This document shows positions 22,237-32,414 of a DNA stretch of 64,000 bases, one piece after another. Position 1 is the first letter of the stretch, and the number at the start of each line of letters is the position of its first letter. The DNA is from Pseudomonadota bacterium. GTDB lineage: Bacteria; Bdellovibrionota; FAC87; UBA2466. Where the stretch lies: NCBI GenBank assembly GCA_043718025.1, contig JAYSWN010000068.1, forward strand, positions 74,771-138,770. The letters run 5' to 3'. Made by a program: the position numbers and the translations under genes. Below the pieces are notes generated by a model, which did not search any database, had not been told where the DNA came from, and saw only the letters and a program-made list of their open reading frames with translations.

Positions 22237-24212
22237 AAACAAGAGAAATTAGAAAAGTATTCGTGGCTAATCGCGGTGAAGTGGCGTGCCGAATTATTCG
22301 GGCCTGTCACGAGTTAGGAAAAGCCGCGGTAGTTGGTTATTCCGAGGCGGATAAAAGATCGATGGCGGTCGCGCAAGCAGATGAGGCAGTGTGTTTAGGG
22401 GCTGCCGTTTCTGCAGAGTCCTATCTCAACGTGGCTAAAGTGATTGGCGCCGCAAAAGCGACTGGTTGCGATGCGATACATCCTGGTTATGGTTTTTTGT
22501 CGGAAAATTCATTGTTCGCCGCCGAAGTGGAAAAGGCCGGTCTGATCTTTATTGGCCCGACGGCAAAAGCGATGGAAGCGCTGGGTGACAAATCAAGGGC
22601 CAGAGCCCAGGCCGAGAAGGCTAATGTTCCAGTTCCCCCGGGATTTTCTAAGGCTGACGCTACCGCGAAGGAATGGAAACAGGCCGCGGATAAAATTGGG
22701 TATCCCGTCTTAGTGAAAGCCGTAGCCGGCGGCGGTGGCCGGGGAATTCGAAAAGTGAATCAGGCCGATGAATTGGATTCGGCGATTGAGTCGGCGCAGG
22801 CCGAGGCGCAGAGTGGCTTTGGACGTGGCGAAGTGCTTTTGGAAAAGTGTCTGGACCGGGCGCGCCACATTGAAGTGCAAGTGATTGGGGACACTCACGG
22901 CAATGTAGTGGCCTTAGGGGAACGGGAATGTTCTCTGCAACGGCGTCGCCAGAAAGTTTGGGAAGAAAGTCCGGCGCCAAAACTCTCCGCAAAAGGCAGA
23001 TCGGCACTACTCACCGCAGCGGTGACCTTAGCCAAATCAGTGGGCTACCATAATGCCGGTACGCTTGAGTTTTTGGTGGGAGACGACGAAACCTTTTTCT
23101 TTTTGGAGATGAATACTCGTTTGCAGGTAGAACATCCGGTAACCGAAATGGTGACGGGTACTGATTTGGTAAAGCTACAAATTGCGGTGGCCGAGGGCAA
23201 ATCGCTTCCTTTTACCCAAGAGCAAGTGAGATCACTCGGTAGTGCCATCGAGGTACGTCTCTGTGCGGAAGATCCGAGCGAAGGGTTTCGCCCGTCGACT
23301 GGCAAACTGTTGTTGGTTGAGTTCCCCTGCATGGACAATGTGAGAATCGAGACGGGCTTTCAGACCGGGGACGAAATTCCCATGGAGTACGACTCGCTAC
23401 TGGCCAAAATTATTGCTTGGGGCGAAACCCGCGCGGAGGCAGTGGCCAAGTTGATCCAGGCGCTCGAGGGGACTTCAATCTTGGGCATCACCACCAACCG
23501 TGACTTTTTACTAAAACTCGCGAAGGACGAACCAGTAACAAAAGGTGAATTTGATATTTCGTACGTTGAAAATGTTTTTGTGAAAAAACAGGCGGATCGC
23601 TCGAATGTTGAATTGGGAACGTTGGCCGCGGCTACCGCGATATTTTTACGCCAGCGCCAAGAAGGATTAGGCTGCGCGCCGCCTGGGTTTCGTAACAACC
23701 GGAAGGCGTGGGCGTTCGTTGATTGGCAGGAAGAGGGCGCTAAGACCGCCACGCGAATACGATATAAAAGTTATGCGACACTTGAGTGGGAGTTTGCGAT
23801 TGATGGCAAAGAAGGCAAAGGAAGAATCCTTTTTGAAAAAGACAACCGGGTGGTTTGGGAGTGGGGCGGGAAGAGCCGGCCGGTTACCTTCGCGGTGGTA
23901 GGAAGCCGTATTTCGCTTGCTTCGCCTGATTCTGTGCGTAGTTTTTCGCTTGCCGAAGTGTCGGCGGCTCATTCATCGCGGCGGAAAAAGGGGCAGGTGA
24001 GAAGCCCCATGCCCGGTAAAGTTTCAAAAGTTTTAGTTGGAAATGGAGACGTGGTTGAAGAAGGGCGGTTGCTCGCCGTTCTCGAAGCCATGAAGCTCGA
24101 ACATTCCATTCGGGCGCCGCACGCAGGGAAGGTTCAAAAGGTTCTGGTCAAAGTAGGTCAGAACGTAACCCTTGGCGCCGAATTGATTCTAATTGAGGAG
24201 ACTCAGGCGTGA
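22233..24212 (+). CDS. Acyl-CoA carboxylase alpha subunit (biotin carboxylase plus biotin carrier)
   Basis: [31 protein letters not shown] motifs and C-terminal EAMKL biotin site. Start set at the TTG overlapping the upstream stop. Confidence 0.92.
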   Translation: MKTREIRKVFVANRGEVACRIIRACHELGKAAVVGYSEADKRSMAVAQADEAVCLGAAVSAESYLNVAKVIGAAKATGCDAIHPGYGFLSENSLFAAEVEKAGLIFIGPTAKAMEALGDKSRARAQAEKANVPVPPGFSKADATAKEWKQAADKIGYPVLVKAVAGGGGRGIRKVNQADELDSAIESAQAEAQSGFGRGEVLLEKCLDRARHIEVQVIGDTHGNVVALGERECSLQRRRQKVWEESPAPKLSAKGRSALLTAAVTLAKSVGYHNAGTLEFLVGDDETFFFLEMNTRLQVEHPVTEMVTGTDLVKLQIAVAEGKSLPFTQEQVRSLGSAIEVRLCAEDPSEGFRPSTGKLLLVEFPCMDNVRIETGFQTGDEIPMEYDSLLAKIIAWGETRAEAVAKLIQALEGTSILGITTNRDFLLKLAKDEPVTKGEFDISYVENVFVKKQADRSNVELGTLAAATAIFLRQRQEGLGCAPPGFRNNRKAWAFVDWQEEGAKTATRIRYKSYATLEWEFAIDGKEGKGRILFEKDNRVVWEWGGKSRPVTFAVVGSRISLASPDSVRSFSLAEVSAAHSSRRKKGQVRSPMPGKVSKVLVGNGDVVEEGRLLAVLEAMKLEHSIRAPHAGKVQKVLVKVGQNVTLGAELILIEETQA

Positions 24213-24553
24213 CGGTGAAGTTAGCGGCTGCGATTGCCCTTTCTTTTTTTATCGGAATTCTCGTCGACCACTATTTAGTGAGCCCGGCCCTACTGAATGT
24301 TTGGCCCACGTGGGTGCGACACCGACCCGACATTGCGGATGCAAGAATAGTATTGCGCGAAGATACGGCCCAAAAATGGGAAGGCGGGCTGGAGACGTTT
24401 GGCATTAAGTCGGGCGATCTTTTGATTAGTATAAATGGAGTTAAAGACCAGACGATGTTTCAAGAGCTGGTCGATGGCTACAACCGCGGCAAAGTATGCG
24501 TGCTTTACGAACGGGATGAAAAACAACGTGAAGTCTGTTGGGCGAAAAAATGA
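24209..24553 (+). CDS. Small membrane-anchored PDZ-like protein
   Basis: N-terminal TM segment; GIKSGDLLISINGV PDZ motif; GTGA overlap with the upstream gene. Confidence 0.6.
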   Translation: MTVKLAAAIALSFFIGILVDHYLVSPALLNVWPTWVRHRPDIADARIVLREDTAQKWEGGLETFGIKSGDLLISINGVKDQTMFQELVDGYNRGKVCVLYERDEKQREVCWAKK

Positions 24554-24587
24554 GTTTGAGGTAGCCCTCGAAAGCCGGACACGGTTT

Positions 24588-25814
24588 TTAGAACTCGCGC
24601 CACAAAACACCTGAAGCCAGCTTCGGGAAAAAGAAAGTTGATTTTTGGGGCATGCATTTGCCCTCATCGGCTACGGCCAGAACGTGTTCTACTTTGGGCG
24701 GAGCATGAAAAATAATTGCTTGCGCCTTGGCCCGTTTTTCCCACAGCGGATCAATGTCTTTGCCGTAGGTGACGTGTTCGCGGCGGTTTTCGTCGTTGAC
24801 TCCCAGGAGCGGAAGCAATTTACGATCGGACCAAGTGACCGAAACCTGAGTGAGCGCTGGACCCCATTCAGCCTCTTCAGGCAAGCCACGTTTTGGCGTG
24901 GCCAAATAGAGATCGCCTAAGAAATAGAGGCCAAATGCCGCCACCGGAAGGGGCTTAGACAAAAACTTTTTCATCTCGCCCGGAGACACCCGGTGGAGAT
25001 CAAAAAATGGCTCAAGTAAGGTGAGCGAAAGTGACTCGGCATTTAGCCCCGACACATAGCGGTGCGTGGGCAGTACCAATAACGCCGGATCTGAAGCGTT
25101 GGCGATGGCGAACATGGTCCAGGCTTCTGGCTTATCGAGATTACCCAGCGAGCCCGTCTCGCGCGCCAGTTGCAGTGCGCTTTCGTAGCGGTGATGACCG
25201 TCAACTAGATAGATCGAACGCGACGAAAAGAAGTGGGTGATATCGTCCGAGAAAATCGCCGGCACCTGCCAAATGGCGTGGGTAATGCCATCGTCGGTCT
25301 TGCTCTCAAAGAGCGGAGCGGTAGAGGCGACTTTTTCGTAGATGGACGACAAATGATTTTCTTTGTCTTTCACCATGCCGAAGATGGGGCTTAAATTCGA
25401 TTGCGTCTCTTTCGTAAGCCGAAGACGGTCTTCTTTGTATTTTCCAAAAGTATTTTCGTGCGGGAGGATCGCTTTTTCGGCGTACTCGGCCAGAGCGCCC
25501 AAACCAAAAAGGGTGCTGCGACGGCGCGGAGCTCCGTTCCACGGGTAGCTTTGCTGATACAGATAGAAGCTGGAAACAGATGAACGCTTTACTACGTGGT
25601 CAATTTTCCAGGCCTTAAGTAGTTCCGCGCTATGTTGATAGCCGGCATCATCGGTGGTGGGAACATCCACATGAACAAAATTGTAAGGGCTGCGATTGCG
25701 AAAGATTTCTAACATTTCCGGGCTGATCACGTCGTAAGGCGGAGTGATGACGTCCGAGAGGGTAAGCGACAGGGGCTCAAAATGAGTGCCGGTAAAAGGG
25801 CGAAACTGCGACAT
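24588..25814 (-). CDS. DUF1015 family protein
   Basis: PPYDVIS, PHENT, YLVDGHHRY, PTHR and MPQKSTFFFPKLASG motifs. Confidence 0.88.
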   Translation of the reverse strand: MSQFRPFTGTHFEPLSLTLSDVITPPYDVISPEMLEIFRNRSPYNFVHVDVPTTDDAGYQHSAELLKAWKIDHVVKRSSVSSFYLYQQSYPWNGAPRRRSTLFGLGALAEYAEKAILPHENTFGKYKEDRLRLTKETQSNLSPIFGMVKDKENHLSSIYEKVASTAPLFESKTDDGITHAIWQVPAIFSDDITHFFSSRSIYLVDGHHRYESALQLARETGSLGNLDKPEAWTMFAIANASDPALLVLPTHRYVSGLNAESLSLTLLEPFFDLHRVSPGEMKKFLSKPLPVAAFGLYFLGDLYLATPKRGLPEEAEWGPALTQVSVTWSDRKLLPLLGVNDENRREHVTYGKDIDPLWEKRAKAQAIIFHAPPKVEHVLAVADEGKCMPQKSTFFFPKLASGVLWREF

Positions 25815-25823
25815 ATGATGTAC

Positions 25824-27083
25824 CTATATATTTCCTACATCCGTTCTAAAGAAGCGCCCCTCGAATGTCACTTTTTCAAGTCGTTGGTACGCAAAAAGTC
25901 GCGCTTGGGCACGATCTTTGCCGCGCCCACAAGCGCCGAGCACCCGGCCGCCCGAGGTTATGAGGGTTTCACCCTTCTTTGACGCGCCGGAATAAAATAA
26001 CCAGGCCTCTTCGCTATCGGTTCCCGAATCGGTGATCTCTTTGCCTTTTTCGAAGTGGCCCGGGTAACCTTGGCTAGCGGCCACGACGTAAACGGTATGC
26101 ATGGGGTCGAACGCAATAGAAGGGGGGGCGTCGCCCCTCGCCACGCTCTGTAAAATTTCAAAGAAATTGCCCAGCACACGCGGCAATGTGGCTTGGGTTT
26201 CCGGATCCCCGAATCGAGTGTTGAATTCGAGAACGTACGGGTCCCCTGCCGGCGAAATCATAATTCCAATGTAGAGCGCACCTCGATAATCAAAGTTTTC
26301 TTGTTCAAAGCCATTAAGCACGGGCCGAACGATTGTTTTTCTAATCTTTGTCGCAAGCTCCGGTGTTTCGTAAGGAGAGGGAGAGATCACTCCCATGCCC
26401 CCGGTATTTGGCCCGGCGTTGCCATCGTGCGCGCGTTTATAATCGGTGCCGGAAGGTAGGGGAATAAATTTTTTACCGTCGCAGAGGCCGATCCACGAGA
26501 TCTCGGTGCCGGGCAAACAGTCTTCAACCACGATGGCCTGGGGGCCCGGGCCGAATTCGTGTTGTTGCCAAACGCGGTTCGAAAACTCAAGTGCCTCGGC
26601 TCTGTTTTGCGGAAGCACGACCCCCTTTCCGGCCGCCAAGCCGTCGAGTTTTAGCACGGTAGGGTAGGCGACGGTGTTGAGGATGGCTTCGAGAGCTTCC
26701 GGACTGCGCGCCACCTGAAATTTAGCGGTGGGCACATTGTGCCGGCTTAAAAATTCTTTGGCGAAAACTTTGCTGGTCTCCAGCTGCGCGGCGAATTTAC
26801 TAGGGGCACAAACATCGAAGCCCTTGGACCGTAAAAAATCGGAGTAGCCGTCGTCTAAGAGAAGCTCTGGTCCAATGACGACGAGATCGATTTTTCTTTC
26901 GCTGATCAGCTTGGCTAAAACGTCGCGATCTCTAGCCTCAGCGGGCAGAACGGGAAAGCCACTGCGCTCAATTCCCGCGTTGCCGGGGTAGAGGTAAACG
27001 TTTTCTTTTTTGATGTCGCGGGCCAAACGCCACGCTAGCGCGTGCTCTCGACCGCCGCTTCCCATAACCAAGACTTTAGGCAT
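25824..27083 (-). CDS. purD: Phosphoribosylamine-glycine ligase
   Basis: GSGGREHALAW, GLAAGKGV, GPNTGGMG and EFNTRFGDPE motifs. Confidence 0.98.
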   Translation of the reverse strand: MPKVLVMGSGGREHALAWRLARDIKKENVYLYPGNAGIERSGFPVLPAEARDRDVLAKLISERKIDLVVIGPELLLDDGYSDFLRSKGFDVCAPSKFAAQLETSKVFAKEFLSRHNVPTAKFQVARSPEALEAILNTVAYPTVLKLDGLAAGKGVVLPQNRAEALEFSNRVWQQHEFGPGPQAIVVEDCLPGTEISWIGLCDGKKFIPLPSGTDYKRAHDGNAGPNTGGMGVISPSPYETPELATKIRKTIVRPVLNGFEQENFDYRGALYIGIMISPAGDPYVLEFNTRFGDPETQATLPRVLGNFFEILQSVARGDAPPSIAFDPMHTVYVVAASQGYPGHFEKGKEITDSGTDSEEAWLFYSGASKKGETLITSGGRVLGACGRGKDRAQARLFAYQRLEKVTFEGRFFRTDVGNI

Positions 27084-27197
27084 GGGCGTAAACTAATGGT
27101 GCTTGGCGGAGGATTCAAGCGCAACCCTCGGACCGTGGCGAAATGCTTCTGTAGCTTGCGCTATAGCTGAAACTAACGGGTTGTTAATTCGGCATTT

Positions 27198-28943
27198 CTA
27201 GAACGTGCGCGAAAGAACGATAGCGGGGATGTAAGTGGGGTGCCGGGTTAAGACATTGCGAATTTCGCCTTGGGCTTCGTCAGTACGGTGCAATCGTTTG
27301 TTGACCACGGCGAGACTGAAATGGGCCAACGCCGAAGTGGGCTCTAATTCGGCTGATTTTTTAAAATCGGCGTGGGCATCGGTGATTTGTCCCATACGCA
27401 AGCGGGCTTCGCCGCGCAAGATGTAGGCGTAATAGCCAAACTCAGAAAGTATATTGGGCAACCGGCCAGTGGCCACCTTTAACTCTTCAAGCGATGCCTC
27501 CCGGGCCAGCACCACTTTGAGGGCTAGCACCTTGGCCATGGTGCCACTGGAGACGGCGACGGCTTCGAGTTTGGGCCCTTCCGGGCCTTGTGGTCCATGA
27601 TTAAGATAGTTGAGATAGAGCTTACCCAATTCTTTTTCTTCGCTGAGTGAGTCGCCCATCACCTTGGTGAAACCTTTTAAATAGTCTTCGTAATCGGTCT
27701 TTTCACGGTAGAAACCCCAAGGCGCCGGACTGTTCACTTCGAACAGGGGATCGCGGGTGAGCATTTTTTTAATGGTGGCCTGCGCCAACTCTTTTTCGCC
27801 GTGATCGGCCAGCACTACCGCGTAGTAGAGGTAGCTCACCCAGCGATCGGGAGAGGCAAGTATCGCTTTTTGAAAAGAGGCTTTTGCCTCGGCGTAGTGG
27901 CCCAGTTCTAACTTTGCCCGCCCTTTGAATAAATGGATGAGCCACAGGTCAGGTCGCTCAAGTTCCGCCAATTGAAAGTAGTCAAGCGCCTGGGAGTACT
28001 TCGACTGCAATAGATATGAGCGGCCCAATTCGAAACGGGAAGCCACTTCTTTAGTGTTGATTTGTAGTGAATCTAAAAAATGACTTTCGCCCATGTCGCC
28101 CTCGGCTAGGGCGAGCAACAAATACCCCATCCAGTGGTGAGCCTGGGCTTTTACGGCCGGTGGAGTCGAAGAAGAGGTAAGCACTTGCTCTAAAAATTTT
28201 CTGGCGCGTTGGGGAGAATCACTTTCCATAATGAGTAATGCCGAATAAGGGACCAGATATTCCAGATCACGCTTATCAGTATTCTTTTCGTGGAAACGGG
28301 TGAGCTCGGCCAAGGCGGATTTGGTTTCCCCGCGCTCAATCAGATCGTACACGTTTTTTAACATCGGCGAGCTGCCGCTCGAGGTTACCGGGCCCAAAAC
28401 TTGATTGCGCGCTTTTGACTGACCCGGATTATTGCGCATTTGACTGATTACCGCCGCGGCGATTGCGAACAGAAAAAGAAGCGTGATTAGCGGCGCTATT
28501 TTGCTGCCATTTCTTCGTGGTGCCGGGTGAGGCTGATGTTTCGTGCGGGCGTGCGGCGCCGGCTGATTCATGGGGTGTGACATTTGGGGATGCGGCGGCC
28601 GCGATTCAAAATCAGGAGTCGGGGTGAGGTCTTCTGCGCGACTCTGAGGAGGAATGGCGTGAGCCGAGGTCACTCCATGGTCATCCTCCTTGTTGTTCTC
28701 ATTGGGGCCTTGGGACGACGTGCGGGTGAAATGCTGGCTGCGGGTGCTGGTGCGAGTAAATTCATCGGCGTCGCGATAGCCAAGTGCCTGAGCCGAGATC
28801 CATTGCCCCTGCGTGGGGGCAATCTCGTCATCGAGGGAAAAGGCTTTTTTTTGCAGCTCATCCCATAGCTCGCGTTGCGAATAGGGGCCAAGGACTTCTC
28901 CTTCGCGTGTTCGCACCAGCCATTCTTTAAGTGAATTGGTCAT
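27198..28943 (-). CDS. Single-pass membrane protein: GYF_2-like N-terminus, Pro-rich linker, TM, TPR array
   Basis: WLVR..GEVLGPYS...L...W pattern, Pro/His-rich linker, hydrophobic helix, then several TPR-like repeats. Confidence 0.7.
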   Translation of the reverse strand: MTNSLKEWLVRTREGEVLGPYSQRELWDELQKKAFSLDDEIAPTQGQWISAQALGYRDADEFTRTSTRSQHFTRTSSQGPNENNKEDDHGVTSAHAIPPQSRAEDLTPTPDFESRPPHPQMSHPMNQPAPHARTKHQPHPAPRRNGSKIAPLITLLFLFAIAAAVISQMRNNPGQSKARNQVLGPVTSSGSSPMLKNVYDLIERGETKSALAELTRFHEKNTDKRDLEYLVPYSALLIMESDSPQRARKFLEQVLTSSSTPPAVKAQAHHWMGYLLLALAEGDMGESHFLDSLQINTKEVASRFELGRSYLLQSKYSQALDYFQLAELERPDLWLIHLFKGRAKLELGHYAEAKASFQKAILASPDRWVSYLYYAVVLADHGEKELAQATIKKMLTRDPLFEVNSPAPWGFYREKTDYEDYLKGFTKVMGDSLSEEKELGKLYLNYLNHGPQGPEGPKLEAVAVSSGTMAKVLALKVVLAREASLEELKVATGRLPNILSEFGYYAYILRGEARLRMGQITDAHADFKKSAELEPTSALAHFSLAVVNKRLHRTDEAQGEIRNVLTRHPTYIPAIVLSRTF

Positions 28944-29014
28944 AAAAAATAAGGGTCTCTCAATTTACTTTTCGGTTGGAACGGCGAAAAGATTTAACCG
29001 GCTGGCGCGGCGAG

Positions 29015-30679
29015 TTATCCTGGGTTTTCGGGTGCCACTATTGGCGGTTTCAGTCGAGAAAGATCGGCGGGGCAAGTGTGCGTGGACGGCTCGCCTCCGG
29101 CCACGGGATAGAGCGCGCTGACCTCATTTCGGAGAGCGGCTAATTTCGTTTCATCATAGCGTGCGCTGAAATTGGCGACGTGGTATTCAGCCGCCTTTCT
29201 CACCGTGGCATCCGAGGAGAGGTGCATCTGGCGGAGGATTGGCCACCATCTCGGTGAGGCAACGACCGAAGACGGGGCGTTATGCAGAGCCGCGGCGCGC
29301 AGAGGGAGGGGCGTTTTTTTATCCCCGATCAGATTTAGCATCTCCTTCTCCAAAATTGGATTGCCGTCGGCGTAATGGATGAGGAGACGCAAATAGCCAA
29401 ATGGGGAGTTTGAACTCTTATTGGCCATCACGGCCGATGCCACTTTAGGGTGTGAACTATCGATAGACGTCGCGGTGGAATACTGGTTAGAGAGATTCAG
29501 GGCGCGGCGCACTTCGCTGGCATCAAAGTGATTTACCAGTTCACTCAGCGTTTTCTCGTCCAAGGTAGTTTGAAAACTATTCGATATTTCGATCAGCAGT
29601 TCTCTGGCGAAAGGGACCTTCTTTTTTTCATGAGTGTGGAGACCTTCAAGTACCGCAACCAACTCGGGACCATAGATTGGGCGACGGGTAAGTTCGCTGT
29701 AGACGCGTCTCAAATTCGGATCGGTCAGTTGGGGTCCCGCCTGCCCTGAAACGTGAGCAACGCTTCCTACGATGATTACTGCGGTGCTTACTCTATGGCG
29801 AATCAGACGCGCGAGGTTTTTTTTAGTTAAGAGCCGCTGCGTCTCTTTCTCCATCTCGACAACCGCTAGTTCGTCTGGCATGTGGAGCCAGCGAATCAGC
29901 TCGGTTAACTCTTCTGGTGGAGCTTCGACATGCCGACGTAGCTCAAAATGATCTTTGGCGATCATACGAACCAGCCCACGGGAGTAGAGTTCCTCGCTAT
30001 ATTTTGAAGTTCGGCGACCGAAGAAGAGATCGCGAGCCGCATTTTTGTCGATGAGGCGCATCAGCATCAAACGATTGTAAGCGGTGACCTTGGCCGTGAG
30101 GTCAGTGCCGTCGGTGCGGCTGATGTGAAAATGGTAACTCACTGGTTGGCCTTTGGCGGCGATCGGGGCATTCAGCGCTGCTTCGATGCCAGCCATTTTC
30201 GCAAAGTGGGTGATTCGTTTCAGGTACGCCGCAGGATCATTGGTGCTACCGTTAAATTTGATTTCCATTTTGCCATTGTCGCGGTGCCAAATCATGCCTT
30301 CGAGAGTGGCTGCGTCGTCCCCATTGAGATCATGGCGTAGAGGAGGCTGCCCGTATGCCGAGGCGAGAGCGATTACAACTTCTGCCTGGATTTTGGGATC
30401 TCGTTGGTTGAGCGGTTGGCTTTTCCAGCGGACGTATTTTCTCGCTAACGCACGGGGCAATGCCTTCGGGTTTTTTTCAATTTCGTTCTCTACCCAACCC
30501 CAATCAAATAGGGGCAGCAGCGGCTTTAGCTGAATTGCCGATAGCTCTACTTCCATCGCCATTTCGTAACGCCCCTTTTTATCTGCCAACGAGGGTTCTC
30601 CAAGAACCAATGTGGAAAATAGGGCGAGGATCAGGCAAAGCAATGGAATCGTCTGTTTAAACGGTGAGCTTAACCTCAT
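29015..30679 (-). CDS. Secreted hypothetical protein, putative amidoligase (COOH-NH2 ligase) fold with a HEAT-like C-terminus
   Basis: Signal peptide, then MEVE, MEIK, YHFHIS, RGLVR and FELR motifs in the order expected for the family. Confidence 0.5.
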   Translation of the reverse strand: MRLSSPFKQTIPLLCLILALFSTLVLGEPSLADKKGRYEMAMEVELSAIQLKPLLPLFDWGWVENEIEKNPKALPRALARKYVRWKSQPLNQRDPKIQAEVVIALASAYGQPPLRHDLNGDDAATLEGMIWHRDNGKMEIKFNGSTNDPAAYLKRITHFAKMAGIEAALNAPIAAKGQPVSYHFHISRTDGTDLTAKVTAYNRLMLMRLIDKNAARDLFFGRRTSKYSEELYSRGLVRMIAKDHFELRRHVEAPPEELTELIRWLHMPDELAVVEMEKETQRLLTKKNLARLIRHRVSTAVIIVGSVAHVSGQAGPQLTDPNLRRVYSELTRRPIYGPELVAVLEGLHTHEKKKVPFARELLIEISNSFQTTLDEKTLSELVNHFDASEVRRALNLSNQYSTATSIDSSHPKVASAVMANKSSNSPFGYLRLLIHYADGNPILEKEMLNLIGDKKTPLPLRAAALHNAPSSVVASPRWWPILRQMHLSSDATVRKAAEYHVANFSARYDETKLAALRNEVSALYPVAGGEPSTHTCPADLSRLKPPIVAPENPG

Positions 30680-30770
30680 TAGCGCAATCCTTATCTAGTT
30701 CTATCGGCAAGTTAGATGGGTTCGATGATAGTCGAAGCGCAATTCATAGACGCTCTGCGGCAGCGTGGGG

Positions 30771-32300
30771 TTAGTGGCGAAAATGGCGGTGGCCGGTAAA
30801 GACCATGGCCATTTCATTTTCATCACAGGCGGCGATCACTTCAGCGTCGCGTTGTGACCCGCCGGGCTGCACAATGGCGGAGATTCCCAGGCCCTTCATC
30901 GCGTCGATGTTGTCGCGGAAGGGGAAGAAAGCGTCGGAGGCGACGACGGCACCTTTAATTTTGCCGCTCGCTTTGGCCTTATAAATAGCCGACTCCATGG
31001 CGTCGACTCGGCTGGTTTGGCCAGATCCAATGCCAATCGTAACGCCATCTTTTACGATAACGATGGCGTTAGACTTGGCGTGCTTTACCACTTTCCAGGC
31101 AAATTCTAAGTCGTGTTGAGCGTTACCCAAAAGTGGTTTTCGAGTAACCGTCTTTAAGTCGCCCAAGTCAGAGCGGTTGTCGGTGGTCTGAGCGAGCCAG
31201 CCGCCGAGACTTGGACGCACTTCGAAGGTGCCTGACGCCGGGGTGGGCCACTCGATGAGACGCAAATTCTTTTTGGCCGCCAGCGAGTGGAGAGCCGCCT
31301 CGCTAAATTTGGGCGCTACGATCACTTCCACAAAATATTGGGAAATGGCTTGGGCGGTCGGTCCGTCTATTTCGCGGTTCACCGCAATGATGCCACCGAA
31401 GGCCGACTTAGAGTCAGACTCCCAAGCTTTCTCAAAGACTTTAAGCAGTGGTTCTTTATCGGACCCAGTCGCCACACCACACGGCGAGTTGTGTTTGATG
31501 ATCGCAACGGCCGGGTTAATAAATTCGGCGGCTAAACGCACGGCCGCTTCGGCGTCGAGCAAGTTGTTGTACGAAAGCTCTTTGCCTTGCAGCACTTTCC
31601 AGTTGGCTTGAGGAGTGCGCACATAAACCGCGGTTTGGTGAGGGTTTTCGCCGTAGCGCAAATTTTCGTGGGGCGTGAGGGCCAGTTTCTCGGGGATTTC
31701 AATCGGCGCGGATTTATTCTCGTTAAGCCACGCCGACGCGATCATGCCGTCGTAGTCTGAAGTACGGCGAAAAGTTCGCGCCGCCATCCGCTTGCGAAGC
31801 TCAAGCGAGGTGCCGCCAAAGGCCGCGAACTCTTTCAAAAATTCATCGTAATCGGCGGGGTCGGAAAGCACCGTGACCGATTTATGATTTTTGGAGGCCG
31901 CGCGAATAAGGGATGGCCCGCCGATATCCACAAAGCTGGCCTGCTTTTGGGTGGGTTCGTTCAAATGATCCCAAAAAGGGTAGAGGTTCACTACCACTAA
32001 ATCAAAGAGGGGAAGCTCGTAGCGCTTGCACTCTTCCATGTCCTTGGCTTCATCGCGGCGGGCAAGAATGCCGCCGAAAACGCGGGGGTGAAGGGTTTTT
32101 ACCCGACCGTCGAGCATTTCAGGAAACTGGGTAACGGATTCGACTTCCGTGATGGTGTAACCGCAGGAGTCTAAAAACTTGGCGGTGCCGCCGGTAGCGT
32201 ACAGGCCGACCTTTCTTTCAACCAACTGCTGACAAAGCTTTTCAAGCTGAGCCTTATCGGAAACACTTAGCAATGCTTTGGAAATGGGCAGATGCGTCAT
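30771..32300 (-). CDS. purH: Bifunctional AICAR transformylase/IMP cyclohydrolase
   Basis: ALLSVSDK, GRVKTLHP, DIGGPS, LRYGENPHQ, ASDAFFPF and RHFRH motifs. Confidence 0.98.
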   Translation of the reverse strand: MTHLPISKALLSVSDKAQLEKLCQQLVERKVGLYATGGTAKFLDSCGYTITEVESVTQFPEMLDGRVKTLHPRVFGGILARRDEAKDMEECKRYELPLFDLVVVNLYPFWDHLNEPTQKQASFVDIGGPSLIRAASKNHKSVTVLSDPADYDEFLKEFAAFGGTSLELRKRMAARTFRRTSDYDGMIASAWLNENKSAPIEIPEKLALTPHENLRYGENPHQTAVYVRTPQANWKVLQGKELSYNNLLDAEAAVRLAAEFINPAVAIIKHNSPCGVATGSDKEPLLKVFEKAWESDSKSAFGGIIAVNREIDGPTAQAISQYFVEVIVAPKFSEAALHSLAAKKNLRLIEWPTPASGTFEVRPSLGGWLAQTTDNRSDLGDLKTVTRKPLLGNAQHDLEFAWKVVKHAKSNAIVIVKDGVTIGIGSGQTSRVDAMESAIYKAKASGKIKGAVVASDAFFPFRDNIDAMKGLGISAIVQPGGSQRDAEVIAACDENEMAMVFTGHRHFRH

Positions 32301-32414
32301 TTGACACCTAAAAGCCTAGTCGTTACTTAACTTTAGGTAGTCCGTCAAACCGTGGGTATTACCTTTGCTGCCTTGCTTAAAATGGCTTGGTGGTGAGAGC
32401 GGGTAATCAGGAGT

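Noticed and set aside
28944..29014. Sigma28-like promoter (TAAA...CCGAAAA) before the GYF-TPR gene
   Set aside because: Both the -10 match and the spacing deviate from consensus; too weak to call.
30700..30730. Sigma28-like GCCGATAG box upstream of the 29015-30679 gene
   Set aside because: The -10 looks good but there is no matching -35 at the proper spacing.
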